Notes under the pieces: model-generated
Databases searched by the model: none
Seen by the model: only the letters and a program-made list of their open reading frames with translations
What the model was told of the DNA's origin: nothing
Made by a program: the position numbers and the translations under genes
Shown: positions 1 to 12,699 of the stretch, piece after piece
How positions within the stretch are numbered: position 1 is the stretch's first letter
Layout of the letters: each line of letters begins with the position of its first letter
DNA from: Anthoceros angustus
Taxonomy: Eukaryota; Plantae; Anthocerotophyta
Assembly (NCBI GenBank): GCA_010909165.1
Contig: MU008165.1
Location: 744,001-808,000, forward strand
Direction: 5' to 3'
Length of the DNA stretch: 64,000 nt

Positions 1-938
1 GTATAATAACTTCTTCACCACAGTCGTGTGCAATAACCGCTCGCCCATTATTGAAAGAGCCGCAAGGTATTGACATGGACACCTTTGTCTTCTTGCTCGT
101 CGGTCACACCCCACCCGATGATGTACTCCGATTATCAAGCCTCCTTGGTCATTGTGCATATTAGTTTTGTCCCAAACAAATGAGACCATGCCTCCACACG
201 CACCACTTCCTCATACTCTCACGACAATGCGGCTCTTCCACACCATGCATTACTATCATTACGATCTCGTCGCACATTGTCATGTCATGGAAGGAATGAA
301 ATATGTTTGCCATTTCGCTCAAGTTTGACATCATACTTCCCTTGTTGAATCCCACAGGGACATCACCAGCGTTGTATACTTGAGCTCAAAGAAACCCTCT
401 CATTTACGCCACATCTCTGCGCACCACTTGATACTTCACTAACTCCTCTGTTTTGGGCACGATGATTGCAGCCCTTCCTCCATGTCCATGTCCATAAGTG
501 CCCTCTGCTCATCCTCCAGCCCTTTCCATGTGTGGACCTCTAATATAAAAGCACGGAAATCTTACGGTAGCTTTTGGTCTTCAACATCTTTAACTTGCTG
601 CAAAATAACACAAAACAAGTGAGTTGCGAAAGTCAGTTGCGGGGACAATAGGGAAAGGGAGGCGCGGCATGCGGCGCCCTCTTATAGTTCTATCTTGGTA
701 GAGCAGTGAAACTCACCTTCCCTTGACGGTGAAATCGGCAATGACTTCATCCGTTGAGTGCAGGTACTCCTTCCTCACCATCTCGAATGAATTGCAGCCT
801 AGATGCCGCCATAGCCACTTGGATCACATGTAGTTTCTTAGAAGAGTGATCTCTTTGGCCATACCATTGAGGTCTATGAGACACGACCTTCTCGGTGACA
901 CGATCAACATTTTTGGTCTCACCCGGTGGAATACCACG

Positions 939-1052
939 AAAACTTCCAAGGCTTCCTTGCATGTCTTTTGGCTTCACAAAACTTTGGTCCAAACTTCGCC
1001 AAGGCTTCCTTGCATGTCTTTTGGCTTCACAAAACTTTGGTCCGACTTCGCC
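939..1052. repeat. ~53-bp direct tandem duplication inside the left ORF
   Basis: AAACTTC(G)CCAAGGCTTCCTTGCATGTCTTTTGGCTTCACAAAACTTTGGTCC occurs twice back-to-back (about 939-990 and 991-1043). Confidence 0.88.
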
Positions 1053-2024
1053 TCATCTGCGGTCTTAGTTTCCCCTTGCTTTTCTTGCTTGTTCCTGCGG
1101 CAACATGTTTGGCTTATTACAGCTCCATGGCCTCCCACTTCGTGAAGATCTTATCAACATTTTCCCACTCTCCCTTCAAGTTTGGCGATGCAAAGGATAT
1201 GTGTGCGATTATCGACCTTGTTTTGCTTGTCTTGCTCATCCTCTCGGCCTCATCATCATCTATCAAGCCTAGCACCTATAGGTTGAACTTCAGTTCATGC
1301 TCATATTGACACCATCTCTCTTTGCAATCAACTCATCTAAAGTACCTTACTTGCTCAATGAAATTCATCTTCCGTTTGTCGGACATAGTGTTGTGGTGCG
1401 GTGGCGGAACCCTCATCTCTGTAAAGTGAGCCCACAATACACATGGGCTTCCATCCATTGGAATCGGCCTTGATGGATATGTACGCGGATGCTTCATGCA
1501 TAGGTGTGATTGCCCGAGCACTCCCATGACATACTTCTTGGCTCTAAACTTATTCGATCTATAGATTGAATGTCGTGCACTCATTGGGTCAATCATGCAT
1601 AGTAGACACACCTTCCTCCACTCTACCTTTCGAAATGACTCGAGCGGTGGTTGGTCCAAGCTTCATCCACAATCCGAATCATGCATCACGGAGAAAGAAA
1701 GGATGCGAGCCTTAAATTCTCTAATTTCGGAAGATTTGGAACCACTTTCTTGGCGTATGCCTCTACGATATTCGCAAATAATCTTCATCACAGATGGAGG
1801 CCTCCGGCCTCTCCCGTCGATCGCGACATGCATAGTCGGGATATCGTTCTTGTCGCGCTCTGCTGGCGCTTGCCTTTCTTCCTTCTCAAATCTCTTTGGG
1901 CTCCACATTTGTTGACGCCCCAAACCAGTGCATATGTCGAACTCGTTTGCGCTTCCACTACTTCCGATCGCCTCCACTATCGCCGGCATCACGGCATGCG
2001 CGCCTCCCTCTGTGTCCCAGGCTG

Positions 2025-2280
2025 GCGGCGGCGGCATGCGGCGCCCTCTCCTTCCCAGGCGGAGGCGGCATGCGGCGCCCTCCCTCTCCCAAGGCCAGCG
2101 GGCGCGGCATGCGGCGCCCTCCCTCTCCCAAGGCCAGAGGCGCGGCATGCGGCGCCCTCGTCCCAAGGCGGGGAGGCGCGGCATGCGGCGCCCCCTCGTC
2201 CCAAGGCCGGGGGCGCGGCATGCCGGCGCCCTCCCTCGTCCCAAGGCCGGGCGCGGCATGCCGGCGCCCTCCCTCCGGCA
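2025..2280. repeat. GC-rich minisatellite, ~7 units of ~36-37 bp, core GCGCGGCATGC(C)GGCGCCCTC
   Basis: Core seen at about 2032, 2066, 2103, 2140, 2176, 2214 and 2250; solo or degenerate copies at about 661, 1990 and 2382. It explains the six-frame open ORFs at 1651-2435. Confidence 0.9.
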
Positions 2281-3559
2281 GGCGGCGCGGCTGGTTCGGC
2301 CGATGTTCAGCTAACGGGTGCCCTCGCACACATCCCATAGTACTTGGATGCCGCCTTCTGCGGCGGTTGTGCCAGGAAGGGCGCCGGCACGCCGGCGCCC
2401 TTCCTCTCCTCCCATGCCTTCATACCCTGATATAAACCAGTCTGCCTGTGGGGTACCCAACTCCATGTGCTCCCTGCCTGCAGGCAATTCCGCTGCCTTG
2501 CTGCGACCCATGTCCTCATCTGGATTGGAAGGAATAGTGGGCACCAGCATGGATGCCCCAGGCATTATGGAAGCAAATTCCATTCTGTCGTCCTCAAGGG
2601 TGTTATCACCGTCCTCCTCCGACATTTCGTCATCTCGTGCGCTCTATAGGGCCATCCTCTTCACGAGGGTCCATACTGCCTCGTCCTCATCTCCTTCCAA
2701 TTCATAGTCGGATAGCCCAGCCACAGTCCTTCTAAAGACATCTCGGCGGTGATTGATGATAGAACTTGTAATCACCTCACATAAGCATCGATAAAAATTC
2801 CTTGCATTACGCCCAAGCGTTAGAAGTGCCGAAAAGTGTTAAGTGGATGCAATGATGTTCCAAAACTTCAAAATCAATGACTTCCAAAGACATACACTTA
2901 CAATCCTCGTGAAGAGCTTCCGGAATTTAAGAGGCATTCGTGGCTCGCACTTTTCTTGTGCAAACTGCTATGCTCAACACGAACACACTGTAGTCTTCCG
3001 ACCCCATTGGCAAAGCTTCAAACCCATAAGGCTTTGAAGTCACCAGCAGCTGAATATCCGGTTCTCCGTCCGCTTCTATCAAAGTTGCCCAGACCACATA
3101 CCCAGCCCTGGCTCTCTGATTCGGCAGAGCACCATTGTGGCCATAAATCCACAATTTCAGCATGGGTGTCCACACCACGTAAAGTCGCGGCCTCGTCTGG
3201 GGCCTCGGCCAGCGCCCGATTAGTTTTCGGGGTAGTGCGGTGAATTTTTAGAGAGAATCGGTCCTTTTACCATTTTCAGTATAGTAAAATTCATTACAAT
3301 ATAGTAGAAAACATGCCAAGTGGGGTGATATGATCTACCATCAAGGTGGAAAATAGAGCACTAGAGTAGAAAACATGGCGACCAAGTGAATACCGGTGCG
3401 TCTAGTAGAAGCTCATTCTAGAAATCCCACCAAAATCGCTAATCTGACAAAAACATTTTCTGTTAAATAATATTCATGCGGATCCGGGATATACAAAAAC
3501 CAACAAAGAACCTTTTCTTTGCGAGTTTCTATATCCGGAATGCATGAAATACAATTCAA

Positions 3560-6500
3560 CTAATGAAGAGTAAATAGATAGAGTGAACTCTGCTTCAACA
3601 AGAACCTACAAACAAAACCAAAATTAGCACCCAAACCGTAATTACGCTGCTAGTAAACACTAAAAATAAAAACATTGATACTCACCTTATTTTGGGAAAT
3701 TTCGTACAATTATACTGATTGAAAATGTAATTTTCACGACCACTTGGCTGATTGGTACTTGTACATTATCATAATTGGCAACCAATTGATGAAGGAGGAC
3801 TTGGGCGAAATTGACCATCTTCCGCAAGGTCACAACCTAAAACAACACAACCATTAATTTTCAATCTAGTAAACTGATTAATAAAAGCATAAAACTTACC
3901 AATCGGGATTTTCGCGAGATAGCGATTGAAATATCTCGAGGCACATCCTTACGCTCTGTCTTTCCCACGTAATCTCCGAACCTCTTGCGCTCTTTTCTGC
4001 GCTTGATTTCTCTTGATGCTTAATATGCTCTTGTCTCCTCTCCATTTCTCGCCTCTGAATCTCAAGGGCTTTCTCTCTTTGCTTAGAGACTCGTAATTCA
4101 AGCGCTTTTCGCCTCTGTCTCTCTATAAGTGCCTCCAAATCCTTTTTTGAAACTCCATTTCTGTTTCAATTTGTCATTCTCCAATTCCGTTCTCGGAGAT
4201 CTCGGCAAGCCGCTCAAAGCCACTTCCATTTCCATTTGCGATCCGCAGTCAATATATCAGGTGCTACCACGGCCACTTACACTGGTTAACCGGATGGTGA
4301 TCACACTCACTCACAATGCCCTCCAACGGAGGGGCCAGCATCAACTTCCTCGGTATCAATGTTGAAATGAGGACGATAAGCACTTACACACTAGTCGAAG
4401 GATTCACAATGCCAAGAAGAACACAATCGAAACTCCAAAATGAATGAAAACAACAAACAGCAAAGAATCAACCTTGTCAACATATGGAATTTTAGTAGAA
4501 CACCACATGGTTGGTCTGGTATCCATCTGGATGCCTTTGCTTTCAAGGTGCGCCAAAAACAAAAACCATATGATTAAAAAACTAACATGGCGGACTACAA
4601 CAAAGCAACTTCACAATACGAACTTCAAGAAAAGTGGACCACATGGTGCGGAAAAACTCGATTCGGTCCAACATTGTTCGTGCCTTTCATGATGAACAGG
4701 AGTGGCCACGAGGAAAGACACAAATCAAACAAGTCGGGACACAGTTTGACACAAGTCCCTACATACTTGATACAAATCTCAAACACTTACATTACTAACG
4801 TGTTGCACTTGCAAGGCGATCTTGGTGACTCGAAAATACTATTTCGAGTTACATTCAACACATTGACGGAAGAACACCCTTAAATCATCCGCATCCGATT
4901 GAGTTCTTCATTTAAAAGCTCGATAAGATCGTTCACGAGAACAAGAACTCTTGCGGTACTGTTTTGCTTGACGAGCGGTCATATCACAAAACATATAGAA
5001 CGTGAGCGAGCATACAAAGACTCAAATGTCACAAGCTTTCACAACATATTACCTTGAAAATCCGGCATCCGTTTTATGGCGGTCACACTTCTCCCATCGA
5101 GGGCACGAGCCATCGTCAAGCGTGTAATCATCGTTACAGCAGCTCTTATTGGTGTAATAGCCAACAAGCCCGGTGCTTGACCATGGTCTTCATAAACCTT
5201 TTGACATTCCTTTTGAAACACGAAGTTTTGCATACCAAGCTAGAACAAAAAAACAAGCGTTAGTAAATACAAACCACAAAACTCAAGCCCAATAAACCAA
5301 AAACTTACATTGATCTTGGGTTATCAATGGTTGAATTGAAGAGAAACCCTGAATTGACAAATTCTTGTCATGTGCGAGACCACTTGGGAGAGTGATCAAT
5401 ACTTTAAAGTTTCGATGGCGTCCACCGTAGATCTTGACCTTTTGAAATGCTCACTCGGTAATTCTTCATATCCACTTTGTAATTTTTGAATCCGTTCTTC
5501 ATACGCAAATGAGAGCGAGCAATCTGATACATCAAAACATCAAACAAAACAAGAAAACAAAGACTACACCTCTTGAACAAAAGGTCCGCTTTGAATCGAT
5601 GCAAATGAGAAGTCCCTAATGAGCGGGTTATGTAACTCTTCACCACCTCGAACTCCAAACTGGTCATGCAAAAATATGCACACACCAAAACAATATAAGC
5701 ATAAGGGCTCCGGGTTTAAGACCATAAATGAACAATCAAAGTGCACCCCAAAACCAACAATATTACCTTTTAGCCCCGCCCAAATGAGCATTGATGATCT
5801 ACGTGTGAGAATCGGTGCTCATCATCATCGAAATCAACTTCACCTCTTTTCGACATGACACAATCCCAAGGTCCTTGGATTTTCATGGGCAACCAACCGG
5901 TGCACAGGACCCATGGAAAATTCCATGAAACATGTTGATCAGGAACATCGAACCAAGCGGCTTTGGTTGGGATGCACTTGTTAAAATCGGTTAAACCCAC
6001 GAAAGAAAGACATCACCTGCACAAGTGAAGATCGCAATCGGTCATGTGAAGGAAAGTCGAACTATCAAAATCAACAAGTAAAAACATCACTACTTACGTT
6101 TACGAGAAAATCTCTGTTGTCCTTGATTCGAACTTGATGGAAAAAGGGTATCGAATAAGATTTAGATCCTTGAGGAATATCCTCAACAGCTATCCCATCC
6201 CTGACCCCACTCACTTTCATAAAGGCCACAGGCGACTTGACACGGTTATTGCCGTTTGGACCTATCCTCCCCACCACTCAAAGCATCATTCACTCCCTCT
6301 CGGGGGAGTCAAATCCTGCTCTCAAAATTTCTTCATCATCAATTTCCTCCATACCCATGGCAAAGTCATCTTGGGACCCGGCACTTTAGCCTCTCAAACA
6401 TATCGAGCACTTCTTGATCGGGGATGACTCGGTCGGGGAACCACAGGCATGGAAAAGCGCCCGGCACTGAGCATCTGTTCAACGGCACACAAATCTCTAG

Positions 6501-6900
6501 ACTCAGACAGGCTTTGGCCTCACAACCATGGGATCGTCGTTATCAAGAAATCATTCTCCCCACAAACCTGGACCTCTCTCGGACATGGGACATAGTTAGT
6601 AATCTCGCAAGAGGACCTTCAACCAATGCCACGGTCAGTGTCCACCCTTCTCCTCTTACACAAAACTCACGTCGAGCATCCTTCTTGGATGAGAAGTGCC
6701 TTGGCGGTTTAGGAATGCCTTTTTGGAACTAAATATGTTCCTTCCACCAACACACCATCAACTTTACCATCATCCTGCGGTGGATGAGTTGCATGTGGAG
6801 CGGTGACACGCTTCAGTGTAGCCATGACGGCCGAGGACCCTTGCTTCCGGTCCAAGGCCCTGGGTTTCCTTTTAGGTGCCATCGCAAGCCACCATTAGAG
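3560..6900 (-). pseudogene. Crypton-like (DUF3504-type) tyrosine recombinase, copy A, intron-containing and frameshifted, with C-terminal coiled-coil exon
   Basis: Motifs in order: 'VEDIP..IPFFHQVRIKDN' (6071-6277), 'QFGVRGGEELHN' (first catalytic Arg, ~5640), 'FKNYKVD', frameshifted 'TNKSCRVTMITRLTMA', 'GRSVTGHKTDAGFSR' then intron then 'YDRS' (catalytic Tyr, ~4980). Coiled-coil exon at 3896-4138. Confidence 0.75.
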
Positions 6901-8809
6901 TGGACAAAAACACACCTAAAGAACAAACAAAACCACAACAAAAAACACACTTACGTGGTGTTAACTTCAAATGAACTTCCTGAAGGGTCTAACTGATTAT
7001 AAAACAATTTAAGACGAAGAGGGTGTGGGGATATAGAGACATTCATTGAATCTACACATTGTTATTGATCCTCCACTTTATGTTAGTAGAGAGAAAACTC
7101 CTTTCCTTATACCCACACACTTAGACCCTTTTGCCAATAATATCAAAAAACAAAAGAAAAAATTAGGCGACAAGAGACACATACTAGGAGATTCAATGGA
7201 CACTCAGCGAAGGTTATCACGATTCACAGACGGACGAGTAGAATGTTGGCGAGCCAACCCTTCACACGATGACAATGCCTACACTTTGATGGATTAGATA
7301 ACTTAAAAGTGGTAGCAAAACACAAACGAAGGCACATGCCATCAAAAAACTCATCAAATTTGTTGACATACCGGATCAAGGTTACAAACAAATTTCCTCC
7401 GGGCCAGCACCAAAACAAAACAAAATAAGAACAAGAATGCACGCTTTGCGGGCTTAAAGACAACGATAAAGAAGCACAAACGTGATGCAAAGGATGATAA
7501 ATGTAAAACAAACAAACTCAGATTCAGACACTGTTTACCAACACTCTTACACTAGAAAATCTTGAAATTACTTCTCGAGCCAAAGACAATGAAAAACTAA
7601 TACTCAAGAATCTAGCGGCATTTTTCAAAAGCGACATCTTCATAAAAAGATTACTAAACAAAGTTCATTGGTAAAACAAAATCCCATATGTCGCCACATA
7701 GACGAAAACATGGCATCAAAAGCAGGCGAAGGTAAGAACACACGAGGAAAGCAACCATCAGACCGAAACTTTACACAACTTGGTCACAAACCATATTAAG
7801 GCGTGAAAAAAAAAGCTACGATGGCGAAACAAATCAAAGTGACTAAGCGACAGAGACAAAATGGCGGCAAGCAAAACAACCAAGCCATGGAACCAGGCAT
7901 CAAGCGAGAGACAAAAAGTCACTTGAATAAACGAACAAGTTATAGCAGCGTTCTGAAGGTGAAAAACAAGCGTGAAGGTGAAAGAATCGCACATAAGCAG
8001 ACCTAAACAAAACTTAGCTTGGAAGTAACACAAGCGAACCTCTCGAGACAAAGCGAATCTGGTCGATTTCAAAAAAAGCAACATACACACGATGGCGTCA
8101 CAAAACAAGTCAACAAGAAGTACAGAAACGAATCACAAGAACCAAGCTTATACAAAGTTAAATGCTTAAACGACACACACATACGAGCGTCACGGCAAAA
8201 CAAGAACACAGAGGTCATCGAGACACACAAGAAAACAAGCGAGATGCAAGCGTGCAAGCCATGACCACCGACAACAAGCGAGCAGATAAAGGTCTTCCAA
8301 CAATCAAACAAGCGACCGTTAAGAAGGTCAAAAAGAACGCGAATCACTCATGGAGACATGACAACCTTCAACTAGATGCAACAATAAGGCTCAAAACGCC
8401 AGATACGCTTGTCGTTTCACAAAACGAAGCAGACTCCGTGGCGGCATCAACAGCAAAACAAAATAAACAAAGACAACCTGACGGCAATCAACCTAGCGAA
8501 ATCGGTAAAACCATCATAGCAAAGTAGTCATTCCTATGATTTAGGAATCGCATACGGAAAAACAACATCAAGCACGCAGAAAAAAAACGCGATACAAAAA
8601 GCCACCCTGCGAAGGTAAAAAAACACTTCGAAGACGGAACAAAAAACACGACCATACAGCGCGACACCATGTAGCAAAACAACACCAAAACCGCACAAAA
8701 CAACAAAGAAAGAAACAATAGGCGAAACAACAGAAAATAACGTAAAAATGGACGGACTTCAAAGAAGGCGGGGCCTTAACCTTTAAGCAGAGAAACCTCA
8801 ACTCGTGCC

Positions 8810-9330
8810 AATCAACCTTGGCCTTGAGAGCAACAAGCCTAACCCGCAAGGACACCTTGACCGGGCTTGGCCTTGAAAGAACCACAGGACCAGCAACACC
8901 TTGGCCTTGAACAATCTCGAGACCTTGGCCTTTGAGCGAAGGTGGAAAGCCTTAGCCTTGAAGGACACGAAAGCATTGGCCAAAACTTACAAAAGCCTAG
9001 AAGCCTAGCCTAGAACACCTTGGCCTTCAAAGAAGGCTACAGACTAAGCGACCCGAGAGAAATCACTTTGGCTGCGAAACTAGAACTAGACAACTCATGG
9101 ACTTGAACAAGCGGAAGCATGCAGGCATAGGCCATGGCCCTCTGACAAGAGACACAGCCTTGGAAGCAGAGAGGAAGACCTTGGCCAGCGAAACTAAAAA
9201 GGCGAACAAGCGCGAGGCTTGGACGAAAGCCACCTCGGCCTCAAAACAGGAATGAAAAGACCTCCGCTTTGGAGAAGCCATTTATATAGGCCACAAACCC
9301 TAAACACTTCTCCCTCTGGCCGCCGTTCTC
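8810..9330 (+). promoter_or_regulatory. Putative Pol II promoter: ~7 CCTTGGCCTT-like motifs, TATATA (9283-9288), telo-box AAACCCTAAA (9295-9304) and pyrimidine patch
   Basis: Motifs read directly. The order repeats-TATA-telo-box-CT-rich is typical of plant promoters; direction toward gene Q is inferred. Confidence 0.5.
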
Positions 9331-10399
9331 TCTACCGGTTGAATTAACCAAACCTCCTAAGATTGGGCGGATTCCAACCTCGTGGGTTCGCCATTCGCCG
9401 CCGCTCTCAACCAAACCTAGGTTCTTGATTCCAAACCTAGCCTAACCGCACCAAACCTAATCTCCGAACCCGGGTGGCACGTTCAACCACGCAGTGCCAC
9501 GCCACGCCCGTCGAACCATCTAAGTTTTGAGTTTCAGCAGCACACGGGTTTGTTCGCCGCCCAACACGCCCGGCCTCGCGTAGGATGTGCGGTCGGTGGC
9601 CGGGTTACGATCGGTGTTCGACAGTGCCTTTGCTCCAAGTTTGGCTCTGTCCTCGGGGAAGGTCGGCGCAATCGGCTCCACTTCCTTCATCTGATCGCCC
9701 ACCACGTACCAGCTGGTTTGATCGCATCGCATAGTTCTTGATTCCATCCCTAGGTGGGTACACCAATTTGCACTCGATCTGCCACAATCGATCACTCTTT
9801 TGCGCTCATCCTGGCATCCGACTTACGCTTAGCTCCACCGCCCATAAGACAACAAAGTCTCTTTTTGGCGTCCTTAAAGTCTGACGTCAAGCCCACTAAA
9901 AGTGTCGGTTCTCCTTACTTTGTTGAAGTCCTTTGCCCACCCACTATCTTGTGGGCTCAACCATTGCTAGTGCATGAGCTATAATCACTGTGAGTTTGCC
10001 ATTGAGAAGCCTTTCACAAGTGATATCATTGTGAAACTCACCAAAAAGACCCTTCAAGTTCCAGCGCCAAAAGAGGTCCTCAGACACATTACGCTCTGGT
10101 AGACAAACTGACCTTATTACCTTGGTTGTTTCCTTTCAAAGTCGGGCTAATGCAGATCACCCGCAAGCTAGCAAGTGATCGACAGTCTTGTCTTTGATCG
10201 TTTATCTTGGATTAATCTCGGTTGCCTTTCACCTAGGTCACCTCGTTTACACGCATGGTGAAGCGGTCCGACCACAAGAACTCCTGCGTAAGTCCTTCCT
10301 TCAAGCGCTCTTGAAGCCATCACGCATGCGAGAATTCCTCATGGCATGGCGTTGCACAACATGACTTGCCATTTGATCGGACGCAAGCGATGCATTTGA

Positions 10400-12690
10400 C
10401 CCGTAAGCGTGTGCGGGCGCTACGCCGCGCTGATCTCAACCTTCGCTGCGATCGTATCGTGCACATCTTCCTTTCTTTTCGTTTCTAGATCGCTTTTGCG
10501 GCGTACCAACAAGCGCTTCCGTTTAATGCGGTTGTCGTTTAATATTGAGCCGCCGCTCTGCGACTTCCGTTTTCATCATCTTCAAGGTAAGATTCGATAT
10601 CAAAAGCTCCTTAAGATCGGCGGTTTGAATTTACTTAGAGTCGCATGTGTCAACGCGTCACATGTTGTGATGAGTTCTAACAAACTAATCACTCCGTGTG
10701 TAGACGGCAAAGAATCTTGAGTAGGCATCACGCCCGCCTCGTACCATAGAACACATCAAGTGGTCGCTAACATTCCGTTTTTGTGTGAAATCAGGTTATC
10801 TGAGGTTGGTATCAATTTGTTTTCCGCTCGTAGAAGTAACAATGTGCATCAAATAATGCCATCTTATGGTGACATAAGCGAATATCACCACATGGTGGCG
10901 TATCACGTGGTGATAGCATGTTGAAGTCACATGCGTGGCTTTGCATGGCCCTTAGCATGCTGCACAACATCGAGCATGTTGCGGGCACTAGATGTTTCAA
11001 AAGTTGAAGCATGAGCATTGTTTGTGTATTGTTGACGGCGATGCTTTTATTTGAGAATGGCATCCGAGAATGAGCAACGATGAAATGGTCGAAATCCAAG
11101 AAGGTAATGATCATTTACGCCTCGCTAAATCCATTTTAGGTTGATAAATCCATGGCTAAAATGATTTTTCTCCGAGCGATCACAATAGTAGACCAACAAA
11201 CCTTAATGGCGATCGAACAATCATGTTCCCACCCATGGGGATCCGGATATGATGGCTGAAGTTGAAATCCCTCTCATTGAGATACGAAAAGTTGAGAAAG
11301 GTAGTACATTGCAATTATAATTGAACTTTCCATCAACATTTCTAATTGGATATATTTGATACAGTACTCACGGAGCACACTATGTTCACATCAATGGACA
11401 AAAAGGACTTGCAGCTCCTTTGCCAGGTGCACCTCAATTGGAAAAAATTAAAAAGGTAAAGACTTGATTCAACTTCTCTAGAACTATAGAACAAAAATAT
11501 AGGTATCAACTTACAATGGTTGTATATGGTTAGGATATTAAGAAGAATCTCCGAACAACTCAATTAGAGTTGGAAACAATGACTCGGTCCGAGGTTTAAT
11601 GGACATCGGATCTCAATTCGATCGATTTTGGAGGTAAACAACAAACATTTATTATATATGTATTTGTTTACATTAGAAGTACTAATATATTTTGTTTACA
11701 GTCTTCTTGAACAAGTAGCTGCAGCTAAGGAAATTAAGGAAAAATAGAAGCAATGGATGATAAAATCAACAACACGACCATCTCACATCGGTAATTGCTA
11801 TTGTATATTTGTAAATAATTAAATATATTTGTAACTAGTATTTTACTAATCATTCTGTTTTCAAAGGACAAAAGAGGAAAAAGGTGAGTCAAGATAATGC
11901 ACCGTATGGACCATCGAAGGAATTTGTCGACTTTGGAAAATGGATGGATAACTTTCGTATCCACAAGTCTTCCAAGATTTTAAAAATAGATATGTTCCCA
12001 TTTGGGAACATAGCCTCAAAGATCGACCAATCTGCAATGAAGATGGGTCGACAACCCTAGAGCGGTACATGGAGATCCGAAAAGTAAGTGTTATCGGTTT
12101 GTATTGTTTTAATAGTTTATTTGAATCGGTTTATGTAGTACTAATGAATATTTTGTGTTTTGGTAATGTAGAAATATCAGCCATTGAAAATAAGGAGCTA
12201 AAACCACGGACTTGTTGACTCGATGGAAGATCCGAAACTACAAAAACATTCAAAAGGTTAGTTGTAACAATTTTGATGTAAACAAGGAAAATATTGATAT
12301 TCGTATTTACCAAATATGCAAATTCTAACGTTGATACCTTTGCGAGCGTCCAATCACATTTCCGTAGTGTGGGAAATCTTCACAGCCATTGCCTCACATT
12401 AGTGAGAAAGGTATTCGAGCAAGATCTTCTTCGACTTGAAATGGAGGTAAAATATTAACTCCTTTTTGTTTGTAGTTATCGAAGAATCAAAAGGAGTTGT
12501 TTGCACTATTTGAGGTTAGTATATCATATTTACGATGGTGAAATTATATATCTACGATGTTGACATTTACCATTGCTGCGAAATATTCCGTTTGAAATTT
12601 TTGAAATGATTAACTTTCTATCTGGACCGTACAATGAACAAAGAAGAAGTATTACGAAGGCAGGATCCGAAATCGCGGTGTACACCCTTC
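10400..12690 (+). pseudogene. Gene 'Q' left copy: multi-exon gene of unknown function with many short AT-rich introns
   Basis: Repeated GT donors (about 10587, 11103, 11301, 11456, 11634, 11791, 12084, 12447) with AG acceptors. Exon peptides such as 'FVDFGKWMDNFRYPQVFQDFKNRYVPIWEHSLKDRPICNEDGS' match the minus-strand 'FTEFGKWMSNFQYPPLFK...IWEHSLKEQVQPILNEDGS' (17408-17656). Confidence 0.55.
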
Positions 12691-12699
12691 AACGCTGCG

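Larger units (their letters stand above)
1..3177 (-). pseudogene. Spliced, frameshifted ORF of unknown function, probably TE-associated; possible ParB/Srx-like motif; runs off the window start
   Basis: Minus-strand reading frames chain together (2311-2625, 1663-2259, 1333-1659, 747-992, 161-355). A GT-AG intron lies at about 598-716 (donor GTGAGT, acceptor TTTTGCAG). A frameshifted 'KKYV..GNHTYA' segment near 1500-1540 resembles the ParB-like GxHR/T-x-x-A motif. Family assignment is weak. Confidence 0.45.
3177..12690. mobile_element. Left copy (arm A) of a large Crypton-like tyrosine-recombinase multi-gene unit; inverted homologue of about 15056-29178
   Basis: Collinear reverse-complement similarity to the right arm: 3480-3520 vs 28723-28760 (TTCTTTGTTGGTTTTTGTATATC.CGGATCCGCATGAAT), 3896-4138 vs 28030-28260, 5050-5140 vs 26370-26483, 6560-6740 vs 24730-24950, 11226-11252 vs 20570-20596, 12360-12450 vs 15345-15440. 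Confidence 0.6.

Noticed and set aside
74-152. Plus-strand peptide MDTFVFLLVGHTPPDDV resembling the Sola 'FLLVGHTH.D' motif
   Set aside because: Very short frame, no upstream LDN or DGMD motifs, and it lies antisense to a spliced ORF; likely coincidence.
2025-2280. CRISPR-like repeat array
   Set aside because: Units are adjacent degenerate copies with no unique spacers, there are no cas genes, and the context is eukaryotic.
1651-2435. Several long overlapping ORFs (up to 229 aa) on both strands
   Set aside because: They arise from a stop-free GC-rich minisatellite; Arg/Ala/Pro/Gly repeats in all frames are not evidence of genes.
7500-8750. ORFs in the A-rich region (and the T-rich counterpart at 22740-23900)
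   Set aside because: Low-complexity leader or intron sequence; translations are compositionally biased and not conserved between arms.
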